From: Fimbriosthenelais zetlandica
Lineage: Eukaryota
Assembly: GCA_977030845.1 (NCBI GenBank)
Contig: OZ365110.1
Location: 31,124,001 to 31,188,000 of the forward strand
Direction: 5' to 3'
DNA length: 64,000 bases
Part shown: piece by piece, positions 53,001 through 64,000 of the stretch
Numbering within the stretch: the stretch's first letter is position 1
How the letters are laid out: every line of letters begins with the position of its first letter
Made by a program: the position numbers and the translations under genes
The notes under the pieces: model-generated
What the model saw: only the letters and a program-made list of their open reading frames with translations
Database searches by the model: none
What the model was told of the DNA's origin: nothing

Positions 53001-56000
53001 CCAATTTAGAAAGGCTCGAGGCTGGGCAAACAAATTTGGCCAGCAAAATGTGGTACATACATACTCGCAGGGACTGGAAACAACCGTACGAGTTGTTAAT
53101 TTGGCGCCTGGGCTCGGCAGAAGCTGTCCGGAATATATACACGAAGGTTGGGGCCTTGTGTAGCATCTGAGTAGGTCTGTAGAAATACATTAAATCCACA
53201 AACGAGACACATTGTCTCCTTCTCGAATCATGCAATGCTTCTTGCCAAGACACAAAGCGCCAGACATATAGTATATGGCAATAATCCATGCATTGACCAT
53301 ATCTTTTCCGTTATCCTAACGTGTAATAGGCTTAACACCCAAATATAAAGAAAATGGATATTTGAATAGCATGATATGACTGTAAAAACTGGTTTTCAAT
53401 GGCCATGCTGTCTAGAAATAGCAAATAGCCAGATGGGAATAAAGCAGTACTTTAAGGGTCATCTGCTGATGTTGTAGCCGAGAATCTAAGATGAAGCTCC
53501 GAGTCTGGGAGGGGTCAGAGTGGCCATCTATGGGGATTAGACCGACCTACTTATACCATACTTTGGGCGGGTATTGATCAGTGGCCTGGGGGTCAGAAGA
53601 TGACCGCTGGACCTTGGTCAGTACTGGTCAGTGTTGGCTGGATCCTCTGGTCCATTGGGAGATGACCAGCCTTCCTTCCGGCGTGTCAGCCTTCCTAGTG
53701 ATAACGGAGCAGGGCCGCTTCCCCGGAGACCTCCAGGCGCTCTACCCCTGTCCCACATCTCCCTTCCTTCAGACCAAAACCTTCCCCCTCCACCATCCCC
53801 CAGATGGATCCTTCTAATACAACATCACCGAATGCTAATACTTATTCTCATCTACACACCTTTTCTTTTTGTAGAGATCCACGCAGTCTGTGTTCAGTTT
53901 GGTCTTGGGGGAAAACTAGAAGCAGAGGCAGAGGGCTGAGGCTGATAAGTTCTGCCAAGCCAGAACTAGGCTGCCAAGATTACAAACGGACCCTATCATT
54001 TTTACAATGCATTCCTATGCCTGAAATAGCAAGTGATGGAGCTATCCTCTATATGGCTTTGGAAATTGGATACATTTTAGGCCTAGATATGGGTGATGAC
54101 CATTCGGCTGGCCCACTGCAATGATAAGTGATGTTTCTATTGATTTCACATTCAGATGTTGTGAAAAGGTTCACATAAATAGCACAAGCATCTCTTTAAG
54201 CTGTGATTTATAGCTCTATTCCTGCCTTTCCCTCCACACATCATCGCTGTATTTACATTGGAATGAGTACCTGCGAACACTTTCACCCTAAAGCACTCTG
54301 ACCTATGACCCTCCCAAGGCGCTGACAACCTTACTAAACACTTCCGAGCATGTTTAAAATATTTATCCCTCCTGCCTTTCTGCTCTCTGTAAATGTTACT
54401 CGTCACGAGCGCCTCAAACCATGAGAGCCTATGATAGACCTGATTGCCTGGTTTCTACAGCCCATCTTTGGACCTGGTCTGTCATCGCTGTGGCCAGAAA
54501 GAGAGACTTGCAGGAGAATCGTATATACTTTGAGAATCTAACCAGACCGACTCAAAACTGACCAGATTAAGATCACCATGGGTGGCGATAATAGGGGATG
54601 GAGGAAAAGATGCCTTTGACAACTGGCACTTGGTAACACGACCAGGGCGACGTCTGGTGGTGCGCGGCAGCTGTGTGAAACCTGAGGCTGTCTGCACGTC
54701 GTGGCCGTCAGCACGGACGTCATCACGTCGTCACCTCGGGCCGGGATTGTCCATGGCTCTGAAAGTGCCTCCAGGGCGGAGGGGGCTTTCAACACCTCCA
54801 AAATACGCCATATATCACGACCATATTAACTTAAAGTCCCCTGACTCGAAACGTGGGGGAAATACACACAGCCCTTCTTCAAGGTGGCCTGCTAGTATCC
54901 ATTTGGACCAGTCACCATCATGCACTTCAAAAACAATATATTTTCCCAGCAAAAATCCATTACAACGGGTAGCTTTTCGTCTTGGAGGAAACATTGTAAA
55001 CACACAAGTTAACAGAACCCATTACTCAATGAAACTAAGCGAAGATTTGAACAATCAAAACGTTATGCTGTTTATTCGCAAAGGGCAATATGAAAATTAG
55101 AGCTACCTTTTACGATAGGCTACTGATCGAAATTTGATGACTTTTATCGGGAACACTAAAAACTATTGAGAAGTATTGGTGTTAAGTAAAGTGGAACACT
55201 TGGGATTGGAATGAATCTGAGCCGCAGAAAATAGAGCTAGTACTGTTATTTATCTTGGAAATTCAATGAAGTGGAAAGTAAAGTGAAACCATGGGAGCTC
55301 TAAACCTAACAAACATGAGGGATGCAGCTGCCTATGGCACGCACCAAGGGAATTGCAGGAGACTGGATTTCTTCCCTGCTTTGACACAGTTTATCACTCG
55401 GGGGAAATGTTCTAGTTGATCATTGATTCCAGTGGATCATTTCTCAAGCTTAAAATGGATCCTTATTATTTTTGACGATAGACAAATATGCTTTTAGAGT
55501 TGGTTTTCTAGATCATTCTTTCAATAATTTTAGGCCTACTGGATATCCCAATTTCAATAATTCAAGATTTGTTTTGTTGGACAGATCCTCTTCAATATTT
55601 GACAGCATCAGACAATGTGGAATCATGTAGAAAATAAATTATCAACTATATGAAGTATATCTCAAAACCATTCTCCTCGCTCTGTCAAATTTGGATGGAA
55701 CCCGTGAAGTATGGAATGGACATGGGAGAGAAACATTCCCATTTATATATGGTGGCCAGGCCAATTGTTCACCCCTGGAGGGATAACACTGAACAGGCCA
55801 CAGTGGGGCCTAGGGACAGGCTCCCGGGGAAAGCAGAAGCAAATGTGATTATAAGCCAGCCTTGGTTGACCCAGGCCCACCCATCTTAGCATGCTTACCT
55901 TCAGACCCCTAGCAGAACATCCAGGCGCCATTTTTATGTCACTTCCAAGCCCGGTCCCCACAACCACTTTCCACAGTGACAACCACATTGCCCACTCTTT

Positions 56001-56727
56001 CACTCGACTTCCAATTGGTCTGTGTTTCGTTCCTCGAACCATTATTCAATTTCAAACAATTGCAAAAGGTCGTGCGTTTTATCAAAGGAAAATGAATTTT
56101 TCAAAAACCTGCACAATACTCATAAATGCACATTTCCTTAACATTTTTTCCTCCTCATTCTTGCAATCGTTCCTCGTGCGGATGTTTTATGTTCTGGAAC
56201 GTTTTCTCAATAATTAGGCTAGATGAAGCATCGTTCAAACGATGGACTGCAGTTTCATCTCATGATTGTGCAATCATATTATTACAATTGGATCCCCGCT
56301 AACCAAAAGCCTCTGTTTCTGGTAGTATTAAGTCATGCGTGTGTGGTTGGCTCAGGGTTAGAAATCCAAGCCTTGGAGTGTGAGGTGGCATGCAGTGTGC
56401 CCCTAATTTCATATCTGAACAATTTTCATAACAGCTTGCCCGCCCATGTAGGCTGCACACACAGTCCATCAACACGCAATGGTAAAGGCTTAGGCCTATA
56501 TAGGTGATTGCCAATACAGCTGTGGAAATGTTCAGCAATGCAATAGTAGGAAAGAATGTGTCATGGAGCCAGATATCCAATAAATTCTAGACATTTCATA
56601 TAATGTGGACACAATAATCTTAAATAATGCCAATAATTTTATTATATTGAACCTAAGAATGTATAAAGGCATTAGGTTATAAAGGATTATTTTGAAAATG
56701 TTATAATTATTCCAACTTGTTATCAAA

Positions 56728-56739
56728 ATCCCAAGGGAT
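56728..56739. promoter_or_regulatory. COE/EBF binding palindrome ATCCCAAGGGAT
   Basis: Matches the core of the optimal site ATTCCCNNGGGAAT and lies in the large intron. Confidence 0.4.
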
Positions 56740-59700
56740 AAAACATTATGTAGATATTAAATTGGTCATTTTTCATTTCCTTTGACAAATGACCATTTTC
56801 CCTAGTTTGTAATCCATAGAAAAATACCGTCTCATAATTTGCACACATGACACCTCATAACTCGCTCTAACGCTTTGTCATAAATTTTATGTATGTAGCA
56901 ACAGACACAAAAATACAAGGGAAAACAATGTTGTGCCAGCAGCGCTGTGAAGTCCCAGGAGTTTTCACGGATGACACTGGGATCTCATCTAGTGTTATAA
57001 ATCCAGCCCCAGCTGATATTTCCCCGCGCCATCATCTAACCAAGGATGCGATCGGCAGGACAAGTCATCGGGGCGAACTAAATCAATATTTGTCTGTTCT
57101 CCATTCGATCAACATACCCCCGAACGGTGGGTAAATTGTTTGGGCAGAAACTACACAGGGGCTTAATATATTTGATGGGAAATGTTGAAACTATTAGACG
57201 GAGGAGCAGTGACAATGCTTGGCGACTGTGTACACATGGCCTCATAATCGCCAAATAAAGGGGGGCTTGGCGATCGGGGCTCAGCCCCCATAAATGGTAT
57301 TACATTTTCATATGAATGCATGCTGCGTTAAGCAGAAGAGACCCGCTTGCCGACAGAATGCCTATGATCCGCGTTCAACTTGGATCATCGTCAATGATTA
57401 AAACATTAATTCAGCGGGATGGAAGTGCGCAGCCGCTGTAGCATGAAACACAGGACGTCTGTTACGTGTGCAGGACGGTAAAGGGCCGGAACTACTTCCG
57501 CCGCGCATAGAATTATCCGTCATGCACGTAACTGGGTCATACATTGTGGGTGGTGTTCATGGGCGGTGGCGAAGGGTGTCTGGTGGGGCCTGTTTGTCAT
57601 TTTACATTTGATCAGAGTGATTAATTGGTTGTTTCTTTAGGGAGATTCACATCAATTACACTTGAAGAGATAAATATTCAGTTCATCAAACCAAACTATG
57701 CCAAAGTATTCAATGATCCATATATAACCCCATATTCAATTGATATCTTACAAGAAATCACTTCAAATGGATAGTTCATACATTATATTCAAACATTCAA
57801 TGCAAAGGGATTCTGTAAATACAATCAGAGGATGGGAAATGACCCATTTCGTGCAGTATTATAAACGTATCATCCTTAGTCGAGGCGCCTTATTTCTCAG
57901 TGGTCCACCGTGAAATTACAGGGTTTGGTGCATACCGATTGTAATCAACTGCAAAATAGAACTTGATCATTCTCCCCTCGAAAGACATTAGGATTTAAAT
58001 GCAATTGCCCTGGCAATCCTCCCAGCATTTGCGTATCCAATTACAGTTAACCAATCCTCCTAGCTGAGACGATGCGTTCTGCACTCTCCAGTTGCACTCA
58101 GCCAAGCGTTTGTGATCCATCTCTTTCGGCTTGACCACTGCTTGACTAGAGTACAGGAGACAGGAGAACCTGTGGCCAGCACTGTCCAGGGGGTACTCCA
58201 TTTTTGGTAGGGTTGTGGAGCGATACTCACTTTGCCCATAGTAAAAAATCCCCAGCCTAAAAAAAACACTTGTACGTGGCAATGGATATGTGCCCCCTCC
58301 TTTCCAATGTCCACCTCACTACCAAATATACACTGACCATAGCCATCGATCGGACCGGAGAGAACTAATGAACTTTGTCTCTCATAATCAGAGGGCCTCC
58401 AAAATGCCCCTCGGGTAGTTGACCGGGCAGTCTTCGCGTCGCCTCGGACTTATTAGTTTATAAATCCACTTCATTTATCTAAGCCTTCACAGGAGTATCC
58501 AAGCCAAGGCAAACTCAGTTTCCCACCTCTATTATTAAAGGGGGTGGTGGAGGGAAGGTAGACCTAATGTGTGGGAAATGGGAGGGGAGGTGGGCCATTT
58601 TTCACTGTGATAACTGTATTTAGGTCGAATCAATGGAGGGTTGCTGATGTTGTTAACATTATAACGTGTCTGGGGTTATCACTCATCTAACAATTCCCTC
58701 AATGGTGATCAAGAGAATGTTTATAATATTGTTTTTAATGGGAAAATAACTAAACACAGTTGGAATTCCCAGGGTGGAGTATTTGGGGGTTGGTCTTGGC
58801 CACCCTTGTAAGTGTGCCTCCCTGGAGGCCCTCCTTGCTAAGCCTCCTCCCGGTGCTATTCACACTGGAGTGAATTGGGCCTAAATATCTACATTTGTTC
58901 TGTCCTCGCCCTGGAGAGATCAATACGTTTGGCTGGTAGCAACAGGTCTGTGGGGAATTGAGGGGAGTTGGATATGGTGCAGGGAGCCACTAGCTTTATC
59001 ACTGTTCGTGCACCAGCAGCCAAAGCAATGGGAAGCAAAGCATCTTCTTTTCCACCAAACCTAGACTAGGTGTCACCCCCATAGTGGAGACAGTATTTCC
59101 TCAAAAGTGAAAATCGGATCAGGACCATTCAATTCTAGATTAACACAAAATAACCCACAAGAAGCTAACCCCACAACAAAGGCAAAATGGCAATGGGTAT
59201 TCAGAAATTAACACTTACGTACATATAGATGATAATAGAAATTATCAAGATTTCGAATCCTTTGTTGAGCTCACGATAAACCCGGCGACCAAGGTAGGCA
59301 TTAGTGAAGGGACACTTTTCTCCATTTATCTCCTTCTCCATCAGATATGCTCAATACTGTGAGCATTTCTAGACAAAATCCGTAAGAACAATCCACATGG
59401 AAGAGAGTTAAGCTCATCCATCAGCACCATCAGCAGATGTGCATTAATTAGAGCACTATCTTAATGTGCCCAATGTGACCGTAAAGATTTCACTGGTCTA
59501 TGTGTTTAATGACACCAGACATTAATATAAAACACTAGAGTGGATCCCTCCACTTCTCCCCTCACTCCAGCTGTCCTCCCTTGGGCTCTCCAGCATGGAG
59601 ACAGTATGGGTGACATCTATACTGTTGTTCTACCCACTAAAGGCAATGGGAAGGACTCTCCAAAGCAAACAGGCAAAGCTGTTGACAATACCAGCAAGGC

Positions 59701-60706
59701 TTTGTTTGATAGTCAGTCCTTGTACAGGTAAAACTATATGGCACATGGTTGGAATGGCAAACACAGTATGGAAATATACCATTTACCATTTCACCTATGT
59801 TTTATATGTTAAATTGAATTGTAATGCCTAATTTTATTTGTTCTGTATACCCAAACAAGAGGCCTTGCATCTGTTGACAATTCTAGGCTTTATAAGCTTT
59901 GCAAATGAGCACACAGCTTGTGGAGTTTGAAGAACAATAGTGTGGGCTGTGGGATGAGCTCAAGCCGTGGGAGGTGGGTCGTCTTAACACCTCATCAGCT
60001 GACTAATTAGAATGTCAGGGGCTGGTGAATCATCATTGCATGACACTGAACACACTCTCTGTGTGTTGTCTCGCTACTGACGACCAGTCAAGGCTTATTC
60101 ATACTTCTAAAATGCTGGAGAAAGCATTCTGCTGGAAAAGAAGCATTCTTCATGTCCATATGATTCAACGCTACGTCACCCCAATCTTCTAAGGATAAAC
60201 AAAAGAAAATAAAGAATATAATAGAAAAGAAAGGATTTAAGAAGATAATTACAAAGATTACAATTCTCTTGTCAATTCAAAATCAATTGTGAGACTCACT
60301 CTCATGGCAAAACACGGACCAGAGATCTGACATACTCTCTGCTTCCCCAAAGACACATTACTCCAATTTCAGGCCGAATGAAACCATAAAACGATTGCCA
60401 TCCATCTATTGTTATTGTTATAAAATGAAATCATATTCTGATTGACATCTCTCCCCCTTTTATCACCTGGGTGTGGGTAGATTGGCGTGATCTCAAGCCA
60501 CACAATCCCCACATCCCCTCCTCCATTTTGTTCCTTGAACCACCGCCATTACCAGCGCCACATCAGCCCGAGGCAACCAACAACACGCGAGCAGAACGCT
60601 GGGAAAGGAAGGAAAAAATTAACCACTATTGGCGGCATTATTTTGTAATTTACTAATTGGCATTCACTCGTAGTCCCCTGTCGCGGATGAGCCGCAGCTA
60701 GGATCT

Positions 60707-60755
60707 GGGGGCAGGGGTGGGTGGGAGGGGTTGGGGGTTGGGGAGGGATTGGGGG
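60707..60755 (+). other. G-quadruplex-competent tract (9 G-runs)
   Basis: GGGGGCAGGGGTGGGTGGGAGGGGTTGGGGGTTGGGGAGGGATTGGGGG. Confidence 0.7.
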
Positions 60756-62103
60756 TGAAACAGACTACTTATTGACTCCTTTACAGGCCGATCATGCCCC
60801 TCGTTTATAGCATTATCAGGCCCATTACAGATATTACGTGATTAGCCTCTCTTGTTTTCATTTAATTCCATAATGCAAGTCCCCGCTCATCGCTCGCCAA
60901 ATCCCCTGTTGACTTAGCCTGGGCGGCCGCTCGAGAGGAGACTACTCGAGTCGATGGAGTCCCCAGAGTGAGTGCTATTTGATGGTACTCATCTGCAGAC
61001 TCCTTCCCTCCCTCTATACCCAACCCCCACCCCCAGCCAAATATAAACAATGAAAGAAGAGGAAATGATAACTAGCCTGCTATTCAATTTTGACATATAG
61101 ATATACAATGACTTTCACAGTACATGTTTAGTTTTTAATTTTGATTGCAGATATCTGTATTCTTTTTCCATCAGTATTCTTGCATAGCATAAAGATCTTA
61201 CATTGAAAATCAATGACAATATATTATAAACAATTATTTTCAAAGAAACTGAATGTCATAGTTTTTTTTTAATAACATTTAGCATGGCAAAGATTGTTTT
61301 TTTTCATATCAGAGATTGTACATATGTGGCTGATATGTGGATGGATGGATTTTTCTAAATTTTCTGAAACCAGGCATATGGCAGGGTAGAAACGCGTTGT
61401 CAGTGCCCTACACACTCTGCCCTCAACATCCAATAAGGCCCCCTTCTCCATGGCAACCTTCAACGCCAGGACCCATGCCTGCAAAGGTCAAAGTTGGGTC
61501 TTCACCGTGCCCTAACCCACCCCGGGCCAATATCTAAATTGGACAGGAGACAGTTGCTTCCCTAGGGTACAGGTAGGGAGCATATTGGGCCCTTCAGCGT
61601 TAACAAGGTTCAGGTATGAGTAGTATAGGCGAAGTTGGCATTTATCCAGGTTCAAGATACCGTCATACACAGTCCATCGACCCAAAACAAAGCCATTCTG
61701 ATCCTTATTTAGTCGTGGACTGCTATCTATCTGATACTTGGATTTGTAAAATGCAAGCTTACATTAGGTTAAAAGGTAGGCTATCCAGGGTTAGATGAGT
61801 TCGTAAATGTAATAATGGTCGTGCATGTATAGTATATATGGAGGCGCTGATATTTCTCTGCTGACTCGTCTTCAGTAGAGACAAAGAAGGATAAATTCCC
61901 CTGATATGTCCCCCTCGGTGAAGCCCCATGACATAAAACATTTCAATTCTTCAGCTTGGCCTGCCATAATAAAGCACCCCTGGCGTCAGAGTGTGCAGCC
62001 CAACACACACGCCCCGTTAAAAATCACCCTCGCCTTATCTTCCTGCCCGCGCCTCGCGTTGTAACGGGTAGAAAATAGACCACCCGTCGACTACAATGGG
62101 CCT

Positions 62104-62426
62104 CCCCCGCGCCAATCCACGTCACTTCCTTTATAAGCACCAAGGAGAACGTCAAGCGCTCCACAATGACACAGCGACATTCATGGTCACCGATACTCCT
62201 AGTCAGAAGCGGTTATCTCTAGCCAGGACGCCAGCGCTCGATCGTTCACCTCTCCATTATTTATTTCTCGCTCATTCATCATCATTGCCCGTCGTTACTC
62301 GCTCCCGTTCATCCCTCCTCCGCTCCTTCTTCACGTGCCCCACAGTCCTACAACTTCCGGCTGAAATTTCCCGACCGGAAATGGTCACGCGCGCAAGCTC
62401 GGAGTCATGTCAGTGCCACCGGAAGT
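62104..62426. promoter_or_regulatory. CpG-rich promoter-like cluster in the large coe intron
   Basis: GC box, CCAAT 62112, CCACGTCA 62117, CACTTCCT 62123 and TATAAG 62132 within 35 bp. Three CCGGAA ETS cores at 62353, 62374 and 62418. Confidence 0.45.
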
Positions 62427-64000
62427 CAGGAGTTGTTTTGAGGTTTGCTCGCCAGGGGGCAAAGGGCCATTTTGGGGGCATACACGGGAGGAAATGAAGG
62501 ACCCCTGGTGGTGTTGGTGCTGGTGATGTTAAGAGGACCTCTGGATGGTTCCTCTGATCACCGTTAGGTGGCCGCGTGTCAGAGGTGAATCCGCCAGGCT
62601 TTAATGTGACGCTGGCGGGACGCTGCTGATGTCTTATGAGCCAATTACCATTTAATCAGTTGACCCGGGCGCCGCGCCCGCCCAACAGTTAATTATTTCT
62701 AATCAATGCAGTAGGCGAAGGCTATTGTTCGTCCGCTTCTGACGGCGACAAAGCCAACCCGTTATATTTCCATAGACACACAGGCCAGACAGGCTCCACC
62801 TCAAGTCCCCATCACAGCCATCACCGTTATTTCCTGAAGAATCTGAGAAGAATTGGGCGATAAAACCAGCCATTTGATGTTTCATAACACCACGTGGCAT
62901 GGGCTGAGAAAGAGGATGCAGTATTTATCAGCGTCTCCTTTTCATGCAGTCCCATGGTGGTCTTCCGCATTTGTTCCTCACTTCTCACAAAAATTCTAAT
63001 GTCATTTCCTCCTTTTAGACAAAACATCACACTTTTTGAAAATCATATTACAAAAGGGACCTGGAATGAATCGAGTATGAATGGGAAGCATGCGATGGGC
63101 CCATGATTTTAAAATTTCAACATGGCACATTAAATAAATATTGCACTATTAATGATGAAAGGGAGAAGCCATTGGCCAAGATAAATGCTGATTTAAAAGC
63201 AGGGATTCATTTATAGGGCCCATTTATTTATCTAGACGCTATCAGTGAATGGTCATCCGATTAGCGGTGTCCAGCAGCGGACATCTGACCATCAGCTGAT
63301 CCCCCCTTCACCCTTGAATCCCATGAGTTCTAATCCTCCGGGCTTGGAGTGGAGGAAAACATGGATACTCCAGTCTCTATTGTCCTCAAGGGGCACCAAA
63401 CAAGTGGCAGGAAATAGTTCTATTCAGGATCGAGGGCTGGGTAAGCGAAATGGAAGGTAATATTGAGAATGAGAACCGACTATGACATGATACTATAACA
63501 CTACTTATCACCATCCCCCGCATTCAATTCTATTAGAAAGGAATGGTTTCACATTGAAGCTTCTATGACTATTAGTTGAGGATATAGAAAATGGATGACC
63601 GCTCAATGGTTGTCACGTACAAAGCCCCATGGGAGAGGCGCTACAATAACCAAGTAGATGAGGCCGAAACACGATTATACTAAGCGTGGTCACACTAGTT
63701 CAATGTTTATATATTTGCCCAGTACTTTGAAACTGTTATTCCTTTCCCATAATTCGATAAGGGATTCATACGGCTAATATAAAGAGAGTGTTGGCAGCGC
63801 ATAAGAGTTGATCCTTTGTTTGCATTCAGGACATGGTGGGGGGCTGGGGCGCACTCAGCGCCGCCTGTCGAGTGCTGTGTGAGATATAAATCTGAAGTGT
63901 CAGGCGGCAAGGCGCTGAATTCATGAAGGCAAACCCGCGACCCATCGGCATTCTGAATTCACAGCATCTCCAGCCAAACACCATGCGAATGGGAATCAGA

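Larger units (their letters stand above)
46322..64000 (-). other. coe: Large coe intron (more than 17.6 kb, continuing beyond the window) upstream of the RFFLKFF exon
   Basis: Manual scan found no intact upstream COE exon (GQDKNPEMCRVLLTHE, SRCC.KKSCGNRNETPSDP, RLIDS) in 46322-64000. Confidence 0.7.

Noticed and set aside
54582-55100. Longest non-coe ORF (172 aa) and other 100-150 aa ORFs (35012-35470, 21097-21516, 20509-20889, 11721-12092, 62096-62497)
   Set aside because: No recognisable domain, transposase or RT motif, and no splice-consistent partners. Lengths are compatible with chance in 64 kb.
59219-59368. Minus-strand AG...GTAAGT bounded segment as a missing coe exon
   Set aside because: Stops in all three frames and no COE similarity.

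Overview
Eukaryotic, intron-rich, roughly 40% GC (estimated by eye) animal DNA with no prokaryotic features, rRNA, intact tRNA or CRISPR array. The one supportable gene is the 3' two-thirds of a COE/EBF (collier/Olf-1) transcription factor on the minus strand. Eight GT-AG coding exons between 46321 and 27065 splice in frame into about 403 aa: end of the DNA-binding domain, IPT/TIG domain, a single (non-duplicated) HLH helix 2, and a Ser/Pro/Gly-rich tail. No intact copies of the N-terminal exons, including the zinc knuckle, were found, so they should lie beyond 64000 across an intron of more than 17.6 kb. The single helix 2 shows this is not a jawed-vertebrate gene; an echinoderm-like deuterostome is my inference. 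The rest is non-coding and contains two TAA-flanked MITEs, microsatellites, G-rich tracts and several CpG-rich motif clusters. Most notable observations: a decayed zinc-knuckle-exon look-alike (CCEKKS*) about 0.7 kb upstream of the first real exon; a symmetric ETS/NRF1 promoter-like module inside a coe intron; perfect COE binding palindromes in the gene's own introns; unresolved alternative C-terminal exons; and about 20-fold excess of TAGGCCTA. I found no evidence for a novel multi-gene system. All counts are manual.
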